From positions 23,528 through 87,527 of the IMG/VR virus record IMGVR_UViG_3300046454_000714: a stretch of 64,000 nt of DNA. One strand, given 5' to 3'. The stretch comes from a virus. Below the pieces are notes generated by a model. That model ran no database searches. It worked only from the letters and a program-made list of their open reading frames with translations, and was not told the DNA's origin. The position numbers and the translations under genes are program-made. Of the stretch, positions 35,742-46,143 are shown in pieces (within the stretch, counting starts at the first letter, position 1; the number at the start of each line of letters is the position of its first letter).

Positions 35742-36110
35742 ATGCGCGTGCGCGTACTGCAGCCGACGCGGTCGTATTGGAACTACGAGGTCCGCGAGTT
35801 CGGCGAGGGCGACGAGCTGGAGGGCGACCTCGCCCGCCATCTCGCCGCGAATGCCCCGGAGGGGGCTGTGAAGGTTACCGAGGCAGATCCGGAGCCCGAG
35901 CCGGAGCCGGAGGCGCCCGCCGAACCGCCCGAGGTGTCGGACCCGGGCGGCGATGAGCCGCCGGTGGACGGCACCATCGACGACCTCATGGCCTGGGTGA
36001 ACGACGACCGTGAGCGTGCCGTGCAGGCGCTGGCGGCGGAGCAGGCGAAGGACAAGCCGCGCAGCACCGTGGTGAAGCGGTTGACGGCGATGGCCGGCAC
36101 CGAGGAGTAG
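35742..36110 (+). CDS. Head-associated hypothetical protein
   Basis: GTIDDLMAWV..D.ERA..AL.AE...KPRST. Confidence 0.75.
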   Translation: MRVRVLQPTRSYWNYEVREFGEGDELEGDLARHLAANAPEGAVKVTEADPEPEPEPEAPAEPPEVSDPGGDEPPVDGTIDDLMAWVNDDRERAVQALAAEQAKDKPRSTVVKRLTAMAGTEE

Positions 36111-36122
36111 AGGGGGCCCGTC

Positions 36123-36752
36123 ATGTCCCCGACTCCTCTCGCCACGCAGACGGACCTTGAGGCCGCACTGCAGCGGACGTTGGACCCGGCGCAGGCGGCG
36201 ATGGCTCTGCGTCGGGCGTCGGCGCGGGTGCGGAAGTACTGCCGCCAGGACTTCACGCTCGTCGAGAACCAGACCATCACCCTGCCGGGTGGCGGGCGGG
36301 TGCTGCGGATTCCCCAACGGCCTCTGGTCGTTGATGACACGCATCCGCTGACGGTGGTCGAGCTGTTCGGGATCTCCAATCAGGAGTACACGGCGCTGGA
36401 GGGCCGGGACTTCACGCGCATCGGCAGCGAGCTGACCCGCGGCGAAGCCTGGTGGGCGCCAACCAGACTGATGGGCTGGCCATTCATGCGACCCATGGGG
36501 ATCTGGGCGCAACGCGTCCGGGTCACCCACAGCCACGGCGACGGCGAGGTCCCGGACGACGTCCTCGATGTCGTGCTCGATCTGGCGCAGATGAACATGA
36601 CCAACCCGCAGGGCCTGCGCTCGGAGTCGATCGACGACTACCAGCGCACGTTCGCCTCCGAGACCATCGGCGGCGCACTGCTGACCGCGGACCACAAAGA
36701 GGCGCTGCGGCAGTACCGCGGCGGCTCGTTCTCCGTGGCGCCGGTGACCTGA
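36123..36752 (+). CDS. Head-to-tail adaptor
   Basis: LATQTDLEAAL...ASARVRKYC...NPQGLRSESIDDY. Confidence 0.85.
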   Translation: MSPTPLATQTDLEAALQRTLDPAQAAMALRRASARVRKYCRQDFTLVENQTITLPGGGRVLRIPQRPLVVDDTHPLTVVELFGISNQEYTALEGRDFTRIGSELTRGEAWWAPTRLMGWPFMRPMGIWAQRVRVTHSHGDGEVPDDVLDVVLDLAQMNMTNPQGLRSESIDDYQRTFASETIGGALLTADHKEALRQYRGGSFSVAPVT

Positions 36753-37159
36753 TGACGGCCATCGACATCCAGCCTCTGCTCGCTGCGGGCCGCAACGCCC
36801 ACAATCAGCTGCTGGTGGATACCTGCACCATCAGCCGGCCGGGGGCGCCGACGCTCAACCGCACCACAAGCGTTCTCACTCCGGGTTCGCCGACGGTCCT
36901 GTATTCGGGTGCCTGCCGGCTGAAGCCCCAGCGCGTCCCGAGGAACGAGGAGGCGGGGGAGCGGCTGACGGTGGTGGCCCGCTACGAGGTGGCTCTGCCG
37001 TTCGCGTCACTGGCCACCGACTCACTGCAGACCGGCGACACGGTGACGATCACGGCGTCCGGGGACACCAGGCTTGTCGGCGAGGTGTTCGCGGTGATGG
37101 CTGTCGACTTCAGCAGCACCGCGACGGCCTGGCGGATCACTGTCGAAGCGGCCACGTGA
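36752..37159 (+). CDS. Head-to-tail stopper (DUF6093-like)
   Basis: DTCTISRPG...LYSGACRL. Confidence 0.85.
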   Translation: MTAIDIQPLLAAGRNAHNQLLVDTCTISRPGAPTLNRTTSVLTPGSPTVLYSGACRLKPQRVPRNEEAGERLTVVARYEVALPFASLATDSLQTGDTVTITASGDTRLVGEVFAVMAVDFSSTATAWRITVEAAT

Positions 37160-37172
37160 CAGGGGGCGGCCG

Positions 37173-37583
37173 ATGACGACTCCTGCCGTCCTGCCGCACG
37201 TCGACGCGGTCACGGCCGCGCTCGAAACGGCTGGCCTGGTGGTCTACGTCGGCGGGGCACCCCCCGGCGTCTCCCCGACCGCCACCACCCCGTATGTCGT
37301 CCTCTACCCCGAGCCGGGCCGCGCGATGACTGCGTCGCTCGGCGACAACCGGACCGATTTCTCTGCTGTCGTCCAGCTGACGTGTGTGGGTCTGACGGCG
37401 GCGCAGGCCATGTCGGTGTCCGACCGGGCCATCGCCGCGCTGTCTGTCGTCCTGGCGGTCGCCGGGCGCGCGTCCTGGAAGCCGGAGTCCCTCGACGGGC
37501 AGCCGGTGCAGCGGGATGACGACGTAGTCCCGCCCAACTACTACGCACCCAGCCGGTACCGGCTGCGCTCAATCCCCCTGTAG
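37173..37583 (+). CDS. Tail terminator-like protein
   Basis: PYVVLYP...QLTCVG. Confidence 0.8.
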   Translation: MTTPAVLPHVDAVTAALETAGLVVYVGGAPPGVSPTATTPYVVLYPEPGRAMTASLGDNRTDFSAVVQLTCVGLTAAQAMSVSDRAIAALSVVLAVAGRASWKPESLDGQPVQRDDDVVPPNYYAPSRYRLRSIPL

Positions 37584-37595
37584 AGGAGTTCCTCC

Positions 37596-37925
37596 ATGGC
37601 AACCCTGACCACTCAGGTCATCAGCCTCGCGGGCCTCGGCGTGACTTACGGTGCCGCCGCCGCCTCGACGAAGGTCATCTGTGACGAGCGGACGTTCTTG
37701 CACGTCAAGAACGCCGCCGGTTCCAGCATGACCGTCACCCTGTCGTCGACCGCGAAGGTCCGCAGCCAGGCGGCGGCGGATGTCGTCGTCACCGTCCCGG
37801 CCACCACCGGCGACATGATGATCGGCCCCATCACGAAGGATCTGTTCGCCGGCGTCTCGGACGGCCTGGCCGCGGTCGCCTACTCGTCGACGACGTCGGT
37901 CACTGTCGCTGCCGTGCGCATCTGA
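37596..37925 (+). CDS. Small beta-rich virion protein
   Basis: FLHVKNAAGSSMTVT...VTVAAVRI. Confidence 0.7.
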   Translation: MATLTTQVISLAGLGVTYGAAAASTKVICDERTFLHVKNAAGSSMTVTLSSTAKVRSQAAADVVVTVPATTGDMMIGPITKDLFAGVSDGLAAVAYSSTTSVTVAAVRI

Positions 37926-37946
37926 CCCTCACCCGCCCCGTCTCGC

Positions 37947-37972
37947 CCGCCCCGCTGCCCGGGGCTTTTTTC
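37947..37972 (+). terminator. Intrinsic terminator
   Basis: GCCCCG...CGGGGC followed by TTTTTT. Confidence 0.65.
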
Positions 37973-37990
37973 ATGCCCTGAGGAGGGTTC

Positions 37991-38470
37991 ATGTCTGACC
38001 TGATCAGCGATGGCAACACGAAGGTTTCGTGGGTGGGGTCCATCGCGAACATCAACGCGCCCACGACCACGGAGTTGAACGGCGGCTCCGACTGGACGCT
38101 GCGGATCACCCCGGACGGCCTGAAGGCCGACCCGGCGACCGCGGACGTCGACACCAGCTCACTCGGCTCGACGTTCACGACCAACCAGCCCGGCCGCCGC
38201 TCCTACACGGTGGAGGTCACGTTCAAGCGCGGCTCGACCACGATCGAAGACCAGCCGTACACGACGCTGACGTACAACACCTCCGGCTACCTGGTGGTCC
38301 GCCGCGGTTCCGCGTTCGCGACCGCCTACGCTTCCGCGGACAAGGTCGAGGTGTACCCGGTGACCGCGGGTGAGGCGCAGAACATCGCCCCGGCCGCCAA
38401 CGAGGTCTCGAAGTTCATGAGTCCGCTCAAGGTCACCTCGGACCCGGCGACGAGGGCCATCGTCGCCTGA
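37991..38470 (+). CDS. Major tail protein
   Basis: DGNTKVSWV..IANINAPTTTELNGG...GYLVVRRG...KVEVYPV. Confidence 0.9.
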   Translation: MSDLISDGNTKVSWVGSIANINAPTTTELNGGSDWTLRITPDGLKADPATADVDTSSLGSTFTTNQPGRRSYTVEVTFKRGSTTIEDQPYTTLTYNTSGYLVVRRGSAFATAYASADKVEVYPVTAGEAQNIAPAANEVSKFMSPLKVTSDPATRAIVA

Positions 38471-38946
38471 TGCCTGACATCTCGGAGCTCTTGGCAGGGG
38501 CGTCGCCGCGCGAGGTCACCGTGCAGGTGTGTCTTGCGGGCGACGTGGGCGCCGAACTTCAGGCGCTGGAAGCAGAGTTGGGCGAGTTGGGGGAGTGGCA
38601 TTCGACGTCGCTGGGTGAAGTAAACCCGGCCTACGAGCTGCAGGAGCGCCTCACGGTGGCGCGCGAGCGGGCGCGGGAGGCTGCGGTCGAGTTCCGGTTC
38701 CGGGCGCTCGGGCATCGCGCCTACAGCAACCTACTGGCCGCCCATCCGGCGCCGGAGGGCTCGAAGGAGCCGTATGACGCGGGGACGTTTCTGCCCGCAG
38801 TCCTGGCAGTCTGCTGTGTGGAGCCGTCGCTGACTCCGGCGCAGGTGGACCGGTTGCTGGACGTCGTCAACGACGGCACCGCGCGGACCCTGTTCGCCGC
38901 GGCGCTCGCGGTGAACGAGGAGCCGAGCCCTGTCCCTTTCTCGTAG
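38470..38946 (+). CDS. Tail assembly chaperone (G-like)
   Basis: FRFRALGHRAYSNLLAAHP; follows the major tail gene. Confidence 0.85.
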   Translation: MPDISELLAGASPREVTVQVCLAGDVGAELQALEAELGELGEWHSTSLGEVNPAYELQERLTVARERAREAAVEFRFRALGHRAYSNLLAAHPAPEGSKEPYDAGTFLPAVLAVCCVEPSLTPAQVDRLLDVVNDGTARTLFAAALAVNEEPSPVPFS

Positions 38947-39299
38947 CCCGCCTGCGGGATCACCGGTTCCCGTACCGGCGGGAAGTCGAGGCGGCCCGGG
39001 CGTGGAGTATCCCGCGCAGCATCCTCCTCGGCCGCCCGCAGCCGAGTCCCGGTGAGCCGTTGTGGCTGCCGGAAGACCGCTGGTGGGCGATGGCTCTGAT
39101 GGAGGCCGAGTCGGGGCTGTGCGGGGACTGCGGGCATTCGCTCGCGGAGTCGACGCATGCCGACAACGAGTACGCCTACGACGCGTCGATCACGAAATGC
39201 CATGCCTGTCTGGCCGGTGCACGCCGGGTGGCGGCGCATCAGGAAGACGGCGGCAAGACCGAGGGCCTGAAGGTCTCCGTATTTCGAAGGGAGTCGTGA
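38934..39299 (+). CDS. -1 frameshift extension of the tail assembly chaperone (GT-like)
   Basis: Slippery C CCT TTC at 38934-38940; the -1 frame stays open to 39299. Confidence 0.8.
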   Translation, partial: PFLVARLRDHRFPYRREVEAARAWSIPRSILLGRPQPSPGEPLWLPEDRWWAMALMEAESGLCGDCGHSLAESTHADNEYAYDASITKCHACLAGARRVAAHQEDGGKTEGLKVSVFRRES

Positions 39300-39676
39300 T
39301 GGCGGGTATCGACGTGATCGGCCTCACCGTGGTCGTGGACGACCTGGGGACCTTCGCGGAGCGACTGAGGGTGAACGTGGGGAAGGCCGTCACGGTCACC
39401 AGCCGGAAGGTGCGGGATGACGCGCGCAGCCGGATCCGGGGCCGCAAGTACTTGCCCGCCTACCCGTATTCGATCACCTACGACGTCAAGGTCACGCCTG
39501 TGGGTGTCGAGGGCGAGATCGGCCCGGACAAGGGCCGGTCACAGGGCCCTCTCGGCAACATCATCGAGTACGGCACCAGCAAGAACGCACCCATTCCACA
39601 CCTCGGCCCCGCACTGGATGCGAACGCCGAAGACCTGGTCACCGGCATCGAAATCGCCGTGCACCAGGCCATGTAA
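39299..39676 (+). CDS. HK97 gp10-like tail completion protein
   Basis: GPDKGRSQGPLGNIIEYGTSKNAP.PHLGPAL. Confidence 0.85.
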   Translation: MAGIDVIGLTVVVDDLGTFAERLRVNVGKAVTVTSRKVRDDARSRIRGRKYLPAYPYSITYDVKVTPVGVEGEIGPDKGRSQGPLGNIIEYGTSKNAPIPHLGPALDANAEDLVTGIEIAVHQAM

Positions 39677-39700
39677 CAGCACGTGAAGGACAGGGAACCC

Positions 39701-40303
39701 ATGACCACTTCGAGCAGGAAGCCGCCCGCGCGTCGGGCTGCGAAGCCCGCGCTGACGTTTGCCGACGTCCGCGCCAAGATTCAGCGGCCCCGGCGGGTCG
39801 TCGAACTCATCATGGACTCGACGGCCTCCGCAGAGCTCGACGCGTTCGATGCTCTGCTGGAGCGGGCGCAGCGCCACGACGAGACTCACGGCACGGAGAC
39901 GGTGCGCGACGTCGCGAAGCAGTTGCAGGAGGTGGAGGCGCGGGCCGAGGAGTCCCGGGTGCGCTTCACCCTCGAAGCGATCACGCACCGGGCATATCAG
40001 GCCCTGCGGGCGGAGCATCCGCCGACGAAGGAGCAGATCGAAAGGGCTGCTGCGGCTGGCGGTGGCGAGGAACCGGCATTCGATGGGGACACCTTCGCCC
40101 CGGCGCTCGTCGAAGCTCAACTGGTCGAGCCCAAGCCTGCCGACCAGGCGGAGTTCGCCGAGTTCTGGGACCACCTGTCTGACGGCCAGCTCCTGCGGCT
40201 GTGGAACGCGGCGTTGCAACTCCAGTTCCAGTCCGGTGAGCTCGGGCCGCCGTCGCAGGCCGCCGCCGACATCCTGCGCTCCTTCGGGATGGCCACCGGC
40301 TGA
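39701..40303 (+). CDS. Second tail-assembly-chaperone paralogue
   Basis: FTLEAITHRAYQALRAEHPP...FDGDTFAPALV. Confidence 0.75.
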   Translation: MTTSSRKPPARRAAKPALTFADVRAKIQRPRRVVELIMDSTASAELDAFDALLERAQRHDETHGTETVRDVAKQLQEVEARAEESRVRFTLEAITHRAYQALRAEHPPTKEQIERAAAAGGGEEPAFDGDTFAPALVEAQLVEPKPADQAEFAEFWDHLSDGQLLRLWNAALQLQFQSGELGPPSQAAADILRSFGMATG

Positions 40304-40333
40304 CAGGACCATGTTCGGCCGGGGTGGGTGTCG

Positions 40334-40774
40334 TTACGGGCGCCACTCCTCGTGGTATCCCGGCCGGTCGGCGTAGGGCATGGCGAGTAGGCGCACCGTT
40401 GCGCAGGGGTACTGCGCTGGGAAGTGGTTGCAGATGTGGCAGTCCATGACGGTGCCGCCGCCGCTACCGGTTGATCGCTGCTGCACAGGTCGGTGAAGGG
40501 CAAGAATCTGCCGCTTCGCCTCGATCTCCCGCAGTGCCCGAGCCGGGTCATGCACGGTTGCATGGCGCACGACCGCCTCACTCCCGTTGAGGATCTCCGA
40601 GTTCGAGTGCGAAATGCGCGCCTCGGTTGAGGCGCCCACGTAGTGCCGAGGCTTCCGGCGACCGCTTTGCAAGGACTGCGCCGACCAGTGGCCGCCAAGC
40701 ACCGCCGCCGCTTCCTGGGCGTGCCCTGTATCGATGTCGAGCTGCTCGCCGAGCCACTGCACCAGATCGTCCAT
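40334..40774 (-). CDS. DUF6221-like protein, opposite strand
   Basis: MDDLVQWLGEQLD...HDPARALREIEAKR...LLAMPYADRPGYHEEWRP. Confidence 0.85.
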   Translation of the reverse strand: MDDLVQWLGEQLDIDTGHAQEAAAVLGGHWSAQSLQSGRRKPRHYVGASTEARISHSNSEILNGSEAVVRHATVHDPARALREIEAKRQILALHRPVQQRSTGSGGGTVMDCHICNHFPAQYPCATVRLLAMPYADRPGYHEEWRP

Positions 40775-40839
40775 GCCGTCATCCTCCCGCACCACGCTCA
40801 GCGCGTGCACGCCTCCACAACTGAAGATCGGGGGCTGCC

Positions 40840-43800
40840 GTGGCCGACCGTACCGTGCGGGTTCGTGTCATCGCCGAGATGCCCGGTTTCGGAACCATCG
40901 TTCGCACCGGAACCGGCGAACTCCTCGCCCTCGGCGAAGCCTCCCTGGTCGCCGGGCGTGGCATCCGGGCCCTCGGCGCGGACGGCGCGGCGGCCCGTAC
41001 CGGTCTGATGGCGATGGGCGCAGGCGCACGCGGCGGCGCGGCAGGCGTCCGGGAGGGCGAGGCCGCAGCACTGGCTGCCAGCCGCGGCACGCGAGCGATG
41101 CGAGACGAGACCGCGCTCGCGCCCGCAGCCTTCGGACGGATGGGCTCGGCGGCCCGCAACGGCATGGGATCGGTGCGCTCCGGCGTCGAATCTGTTCTCG
41201 GCCCCGTCAAGCATCTCGGCGCCCTCCTGGCGGGCGGGGCGATCCTGTTCGGACTGCACGACATCGTCCACGCGGGCAACGAATACACCGACGCGATGAA
41301 CAAGTTCCTTGAGGTCACCCGGGCCTCAGGGGCACAGATGTCGTCAGCAGGCCGTGAAGCGCAGGCCCTCGGTGCCGACATGAAACTCCCCAGCGCGAAC
41401 GCGGCCGAGGCCGCCGACGCGATGGTCGAGTTGGCGAAGGCTGGCCTGTCGGCGCAGGATGCCATCCGCGCCGCCCGGGGCACCATCCAGCTCTCTGCCG
41501 CCGCTCGAACTGACGTCGCAACCGCGGCGAAGATCGAGGGCGACATCATGGACCAATTCGCCCTCAAGTCCACCGAGGCGACCCACGTAGCGGATGTCCT
41601 CGCCAACACGTCGAACTCGGCGTCCGGCGAACTCATGGACATCTACTACGCGATGAAGTACGTGGGCCCGATCGCCCACACCATGGGCATCTCCATCAAG
41701 GACACGGCGACCGCGGTCGGCCTCCTCGGCAAGTCCGGCATCATCGGCGAAACCGCCGGTACGGCCCTGCGGTCGGCGCTGGTCAACATGGCGAAACCCA
41801 CCAAGCTGGCTTCGAAGGGCCTGCACGAACTCGGCATCGAAGCGTTCGACAGCCAGGGCAACTTCAAGGGCCTCCAGTACGTCATCACGAAGCTGGGCGA
41901 CGCCTCCCACCACCTGACCACCCAGCAGTTCACGGCTGCGGCAGCGATGGCGTTCGGCAAGCCTGCCCTGGCCGGCATGGTGGCGCTCGCCCACCAGGGC
42001 GGGACCGCGTTCCAGCAATTCGGCGTCCAGGTCGGCCGCGTCGGCGGTGCCGCAGCCCTGGCGGCAGCAGAGTCGAAGGGCCTGGGCGGCGCCATGCGCG
42101 GCCTCGGCAAGCAGCTCCAAAGCGCCTTCCTCCAGGTGTACTTGGGCGTCGCTCCCGGCCTGGAGAAAATCACCCGGTCGATGTCGAAGGGCGTCTCGGA
42201 CGCCATCCCGTACATCAAGTCCGGGATCCGTATCGCCGGGGACCTGTGGGACATCTACGGGCCATCGGTCGAAGCCAAGCTGCACTCCGCGTCGAGCGGT
42301 ATCGGCCGGGCCGCGGCGAGCCTGGCGAACCCGGTGAAGGCGGCGCTCAGCGGGGCGCTCGTCGCCGCGGTACCGCTGGCCATCACCTCCGTACAGTCGC
42401 TGGAGAAGGTACTCAGCAACGCCGGCGCGGCAGCCGCCCCGCTCGTCGGCGGCATGCACGACCTGCTCACATCCGTCTCCTCGGGGGCGGGCGCCCTCGG
42501 CGTGGCCACAGGACGACTGCAAGTCGGCGTCGGCCTGATCGGCGACATGTCCGGCATCCTGCGGCCCATCGGTGCGCTGGTGGGCGGCATCGCTCACGCC
42601 TTCGCCGGGCTGCCCGGCCCGATGCAGTTGGCCGTGCTGTCGATGCTCGCAATGCGTCCGTTCCGCAGTCAGATCCAAGGTATGCAGCAGGCCGTCGTCG
42701 GCTACGGCCGTTCCGCAGTCGGCTCCTTCAACGGCGTGCGCGGCGCCATGCAGACACAGACGATTCTCGCCGCCCGGGCCGGGGTGTCGCTGGGGCACTG
42801 GGGTGCCGGGCTCGCCTCGCTGGAAGCACGCTCCCCGACGATCGCCGCAATGGGCAACAGCTTCCGCAGCGCCTCCACCGGTATCCAGGAAGCCGGTGGG
42901 CGCCTCGTAGGCTTCCGGTCCGCCGCGGGCGGCGCAATGGCCGCCATCGGTACGGGTGTCGGGCGCGGGCTCATGGGCGGCATGCGCGGACTGTACGGAT
43001 TCCTCGGCGGCCCGTGGGGTATCGCCATCGCAGGCGCCATGATCGGCTTGGACATGCTGGCCCGCAAGCAGCAGGAGGCCGCTGCCGCCGCCGCCGCTCA
43101 CCAGCAGCGGATCTCCAGCCTCACCCAGGCGTTGGCAGCGTCCGCCGGCCTGGCGGACGGCTCGGTTCGTGCTGCCGCCGTACAGACGCTGGCTGACGCG
43201 AAGCTGAAGGACGGCAAAACCCAGCTCCTCAACGTGATGCATGAGGCAGGCGTGGGCACCAGCCAGCTCACAGACGCATATCTGGGGCAGGGCACGAGCA
43301 TCGACACGCTTCAGAAGAAGCTCCTTGCCGCAGCCAACGCGAACCGGGAGTGGGTTGCGTCCGGCAAGAGCGGCCGCAAGGTGGCGTTCACCGAGCAGGG
43401 GCAGGCCTACAAGGACGCGGCGGATGCTCTCGGGAGTCTGTCCGGCGAGTTCGGCACGGCCAAGAAGAAGCAGGCCGACCTGGCTGCCGCAGTGAAGGGC
43501 TCGGGCGCCGCAGCGCTGGACGCCACGGACCCCACCGGCCGCCTGCAGACCGCCATCAAGACCCTCGGTGACTCCGCATCGGATGCGGACACGAAGGCGC
43601 GGGCCCTGCACACCGCCCTCGACCTGCTCTCGGGCGGCGAACTCGACGTGCAGGCCGCAGTCGCCAACATGAACCAGACGATCCTCGACCTGAACGGCAG
43701 CTACAAGGACGGCGTCGACAAGTCCCACGGCTACGGGAAGGCCCTGCTGCAGGTCGACGGGTCACTCAACACGACGTCGGAGAACGGCCAGAGCCTGTGG

Positions 43801-46128
43801 ACCAAGCTCCAGGCCCTGAATGAGCAGACGGCTGGAGCGGCCCAGTCGACCTACGACTTCGCGCGCGCCAACAGTGCAGGTGTGGTCCCGGCCTTGAAGC
43901 AGGCCGAGGCGCACATGGAGACGTCCTGGAAGGCCGCGGTCACGGCCGGCGAGAAGTTCGGGCTCACCGCGGACCAGGCCAAGGTGCTGGCGGCACAGAT
44001 GGGGTTCATCCCGTCGTCGCTGGCCATCACCATGTCTACCCCGGGTTTGTCGGCCACACAGAAGCAACTGCTGTACGTCCAGGGGCTGGCCGGTCACATG
44101 CCGAAGGGGTCCACGATCCGGGTGTCGGCGCTCACCGCCGAGGCGAAGAAGGACATCGAGGACGTCGGCTTCAAGGTGAAGACCTTGCCCGGTGGCCGTC
44201 AGATGGAGATCACTGCCCCGACGGGGAAGGCCGCTGCCGCTCTGGATGCTCTGATCGCCAAGAAGCTGCCTTCCAAGGCGGTGGGCGTCGACGCCAAAAC
44301 CGCGAGCGCCATGGCGGCTTTGGAGGCCGTCAGGCAGAAGGTGGCAGGGACCAAGGGGAAGTCGATCACCATTGGTGCGCTGACCGGCGCGGCTCAGGGA
44401 GCCCTGACGAGTCTGGGCTTCAAGGTGCAGAGGCTCCCGAACCGCCAGATCAGGGTGACCCTGCCAACCGGTGGCCCGGCAGCGGCAGCCGCCGCAATCC
44501 AGCGCTACATCAACAACCTGCACGGCAAAACGGTCACCAACTACGTCAACTCGATCGTGACGACGACGAAGAAGTCCGTCCACGAGGTCGTCGGCAAAGC
44601 GGACGGCGGCATCGTCAGCTTCTACGCCGACGGCGGCATGCGCGAGAACCATGTCGCACAGATCGCCCGCAAGGGCACCTACCGGGTATGGGCGGAGGAT
44701 GAGGCGGGGGACGAGGCCTACATTCCCCTCAACCCGGCGAAGCGTGGCCGCTCCCGGCAGATCGCCGCACAGACCGTCAGCCGTCTCGGCGGGGCTGTCG
44801 CCTGGTACGCCAACGGCGGTCTGAGCGGCTTCACCTACACCCCGAGCGGCCAGCCGGTGCTCGGTGGCCCCTCGGATGCGAAGTCGCGCTACGACCAGGA
44901 CGTCCAGCGCCTGAAGGACGCCTGGGGTGTCCTCAACACGGCCCTGAAAGAGCAGAAGAAGGCCGCCGACAGCCTCACCGCAGCCGAGAAGAACCTGGCG
45001 AGGGTGCGGCGCGAGCACCACACGGCCGCACAACTGCGGGCTGCCGAGGATCGCGTCGACAAGGCGCGGTCGGCGAAGAAGGCCAGAGACAAGACGGTCA
45101 GCGCAGACCGGCAGAAGGTGTACGCCGCGGATTCGGCCCTCGGCGTGAAGAGGGGCGCGAAGGCCCCGACCGGCTTCGACCTGAAGGCCTACGAGAAGCA
45201 GCTCAACGCGTCCGTCGCCGCGACGGACAAGTGGCGCACGAACCTGTCGAAGATCTCCAAGCGGGGTGGCGCCGAGGTCGAATCCCTCCTGGAGAACATG
45301 GGCCAGGACGGCTACGCCCTCGTCAACTCGCTGGCCGGGGCATCGACGAAGCAGTTCAACGACATCGTCAAAAAACTGCAGAAGACCGGCGACGTCGCGA
45401 AAGCGACCCTCGCCGACTTCGAGAAGCAGCTCGGCGGCGCCACCCAGCAGAACCAGCAGTTCGCTGCCGACCTGCAGAAGCTGGCTGCCGAGGGCTTCGG
45501 GGATCTCGCCCAGGCCCTCGCCGCGCAGGGCGACTCCAATGCGCAGGCACTCGCGCATGAGGCGGCAGGCAACAGCAAGTCGGCCTCGGCTGCCAACAAG
45601 AGCGTGGACAAGGCGCAGGCAACGCTCAGCGGCGACGACCTGACGAACTCGCTGATCCTGCTGTCCACACTGAGGGGCGGTACGGGCCGCGGCTACGCCG
45701 ACCTCATCGCGGCAGGCCTCGGGACCGACGTCATCAAAGCCCTCGTACCGAAGATGACCAAACAGATCGGGGCACTGCCCGACGCCAACAAGGCGACCTT
45801 CGTCCGCCAGTGGGTAGCCCAGGGCGGCACGGCGATGGCGGCCGGCGGAATCCTCACCAAGGCCACCCCGGTTCTTGCCGGTGAGGCTGGCATCCCGGAG
45901 GCGTTCATCCCGCTCGCTCAGACCGCCCGCAGCCGGGCCCTGCTCGCAGCCTCTGCGGCAGCGCTCGGATACCACCTGGTACCCGCCAGCAGGTGGGCGG
46001 CGGGATCGTCCGCCGCAGCCATGGCGCGGGAGGTCACGAAGAACATCGAGATCAACCTGTACGGCGCCAAGCAGACGTCGGCGGAGCAGGCGCAGGACAT
46101 CGCCCGCCACATGGCATTCGTCGGCTGA
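40840..46128 (+). CDS. Tape measure protein
   Basis: 1762 aa, Ala/Gly-rich; TP901-type core (ELAKAGLS...AGTALRSAL). Confidence 0.95.
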   Translation: MADRTVRVRVIAEMPGFGTIVRTGTGELLALGEASLVAGRGIRALGADGAAARTGLMAMGAGARGGAAGVREGEAAALAASRGTRAMRDETALAPAAFGRMGSAARNGMGSVRSGVESVLGPVKHLGALLAGGAILFGLHDIVHAGNEYTDAMNKFLEVTRASGAQMSSAGREAQALGADMKLPSANAAEAADAMVELAKAGLSAQDAIRAARGTIQLSAAARTDVATAAKIEGDIMDQFALKSTEATHVADVLANTSNSASGELMDIYYAMKYVGPIAHTMGISIKDTATAVGLLGKSGIIGETAGTALRSALVNMAKPTKLASKGLHELGIEAFDSQGNFKGLQYVITKLGDASHHLTTQQFTAAAAMAFGKPALAGMVALAHQGGTAFQQFGVQVGRVGGAAALAAAESKGLGGAMRGLGKQLQSAFLQVYLGVAPGLEKITRSMSKGVSDAIPYIKSGIRIAGDLWDIYGPSVEAKLHSASSGIGRAAASLANPVKAALSGALVAAVPLAITSVQSLEKVLSNAGAAAAPLVGGMHDLLTSVSSGAGALGVATGRLQVGVGLIGDMSGILRPIGALVGGIAHAFAGLPGPMQLAVLSMLAMRPFRSQIQGMQQAVVGYGRSAVGSFNGVRGAMQTQTILAARAGVSLGHWGAGLASLEARSPTIAAMGNSFRSASTGIQEAGGRLVGFRSAAGGAMAAIGTGVGRGLMGGMRGLYGFLGGPWGIAIAGAMIGLDMLARKQQEAAAAAAAHQQRISSLTQALAASAGLADGSVRAAAVQTLADAKLKDGKTQLLNVMHEAGVGTSQLTDAYLGQGTSIDTLQKKLLAAANANREWVASGKSGRKVAFTEQGQAYKDAADALGSLSGEFGTAKKKQADLAAAVKGSGAAALDATDPTGRLQTAIKTLGDSASDADTKARALHTALDLLSGGELDVQAAVANMNQTILDLNGSYKDGVDKSHGYGKALLQVDGSLNTTSENGQSLWTKLQALNEQTAGAAQSTYDFARANSAGVVPALKQAEAHMETSWKAAVTAGEKFGLTADQAKVLAAQMGFIPSSLAITMSTPGLSATQKQLLYVQGLAGHMPKGSTIRVSALTAEAKKDIEDVGFKVKTLPGGRQMEITAPTGKAAAALDALIAKKLPSKAVGVDAKTASAMAALEAVRQKVAGTKGKSITIGALTGAAQGALTSLGFKVQRLPNRQIRVTLPTGGPAAAAAAIQRYINNLHGKTVTNYVNSIVTTTKKSVHEVVGKADGGIVSFYADGGMRENHVAQIARKGTYRVWAEDEAGDEAYIPLNPAKRGRSRQIAAQTVSRLGGAVAWYANGGLSGFTYTPSGQPVLGGPSDAKSRYDQDVQRLKDAWGVLNTALKEQKKAADSLTAAEKNLARVRREHHTAAQLRAAEDRVDKARSAKKARDKTVSADRQKVYAADSALGVKRGAKAPTGFDLKAYEKQLNASVAATDKWRTNLSKISKRGGAEVESLLENMGQDGYALVNSLAGASTKQFNDIVKKLQKTGDVAKATLADFEKQLGGATQQNQQFAADLQKLAAEGFGDLAQALAAQGDSNAQALAHEAAGNSKSASAANKSVDKAQATLSGDDLTNSLILLSTLRGGTGRGYADLIAAGLGTDVIKALVPKMTKQIGALPDANKATFVRQWVAQGGTAMAAGGILTKATPVLAGEAGIPEAFIPLAQTARSRALLAASAAALGYHLVPASRWAAGSSAAAMAREVTKNIEINLYGAKQTSAEQAQDIARHMAFVG

Positions 46129-46143
46129 CAGGGAGGGGGAGGG

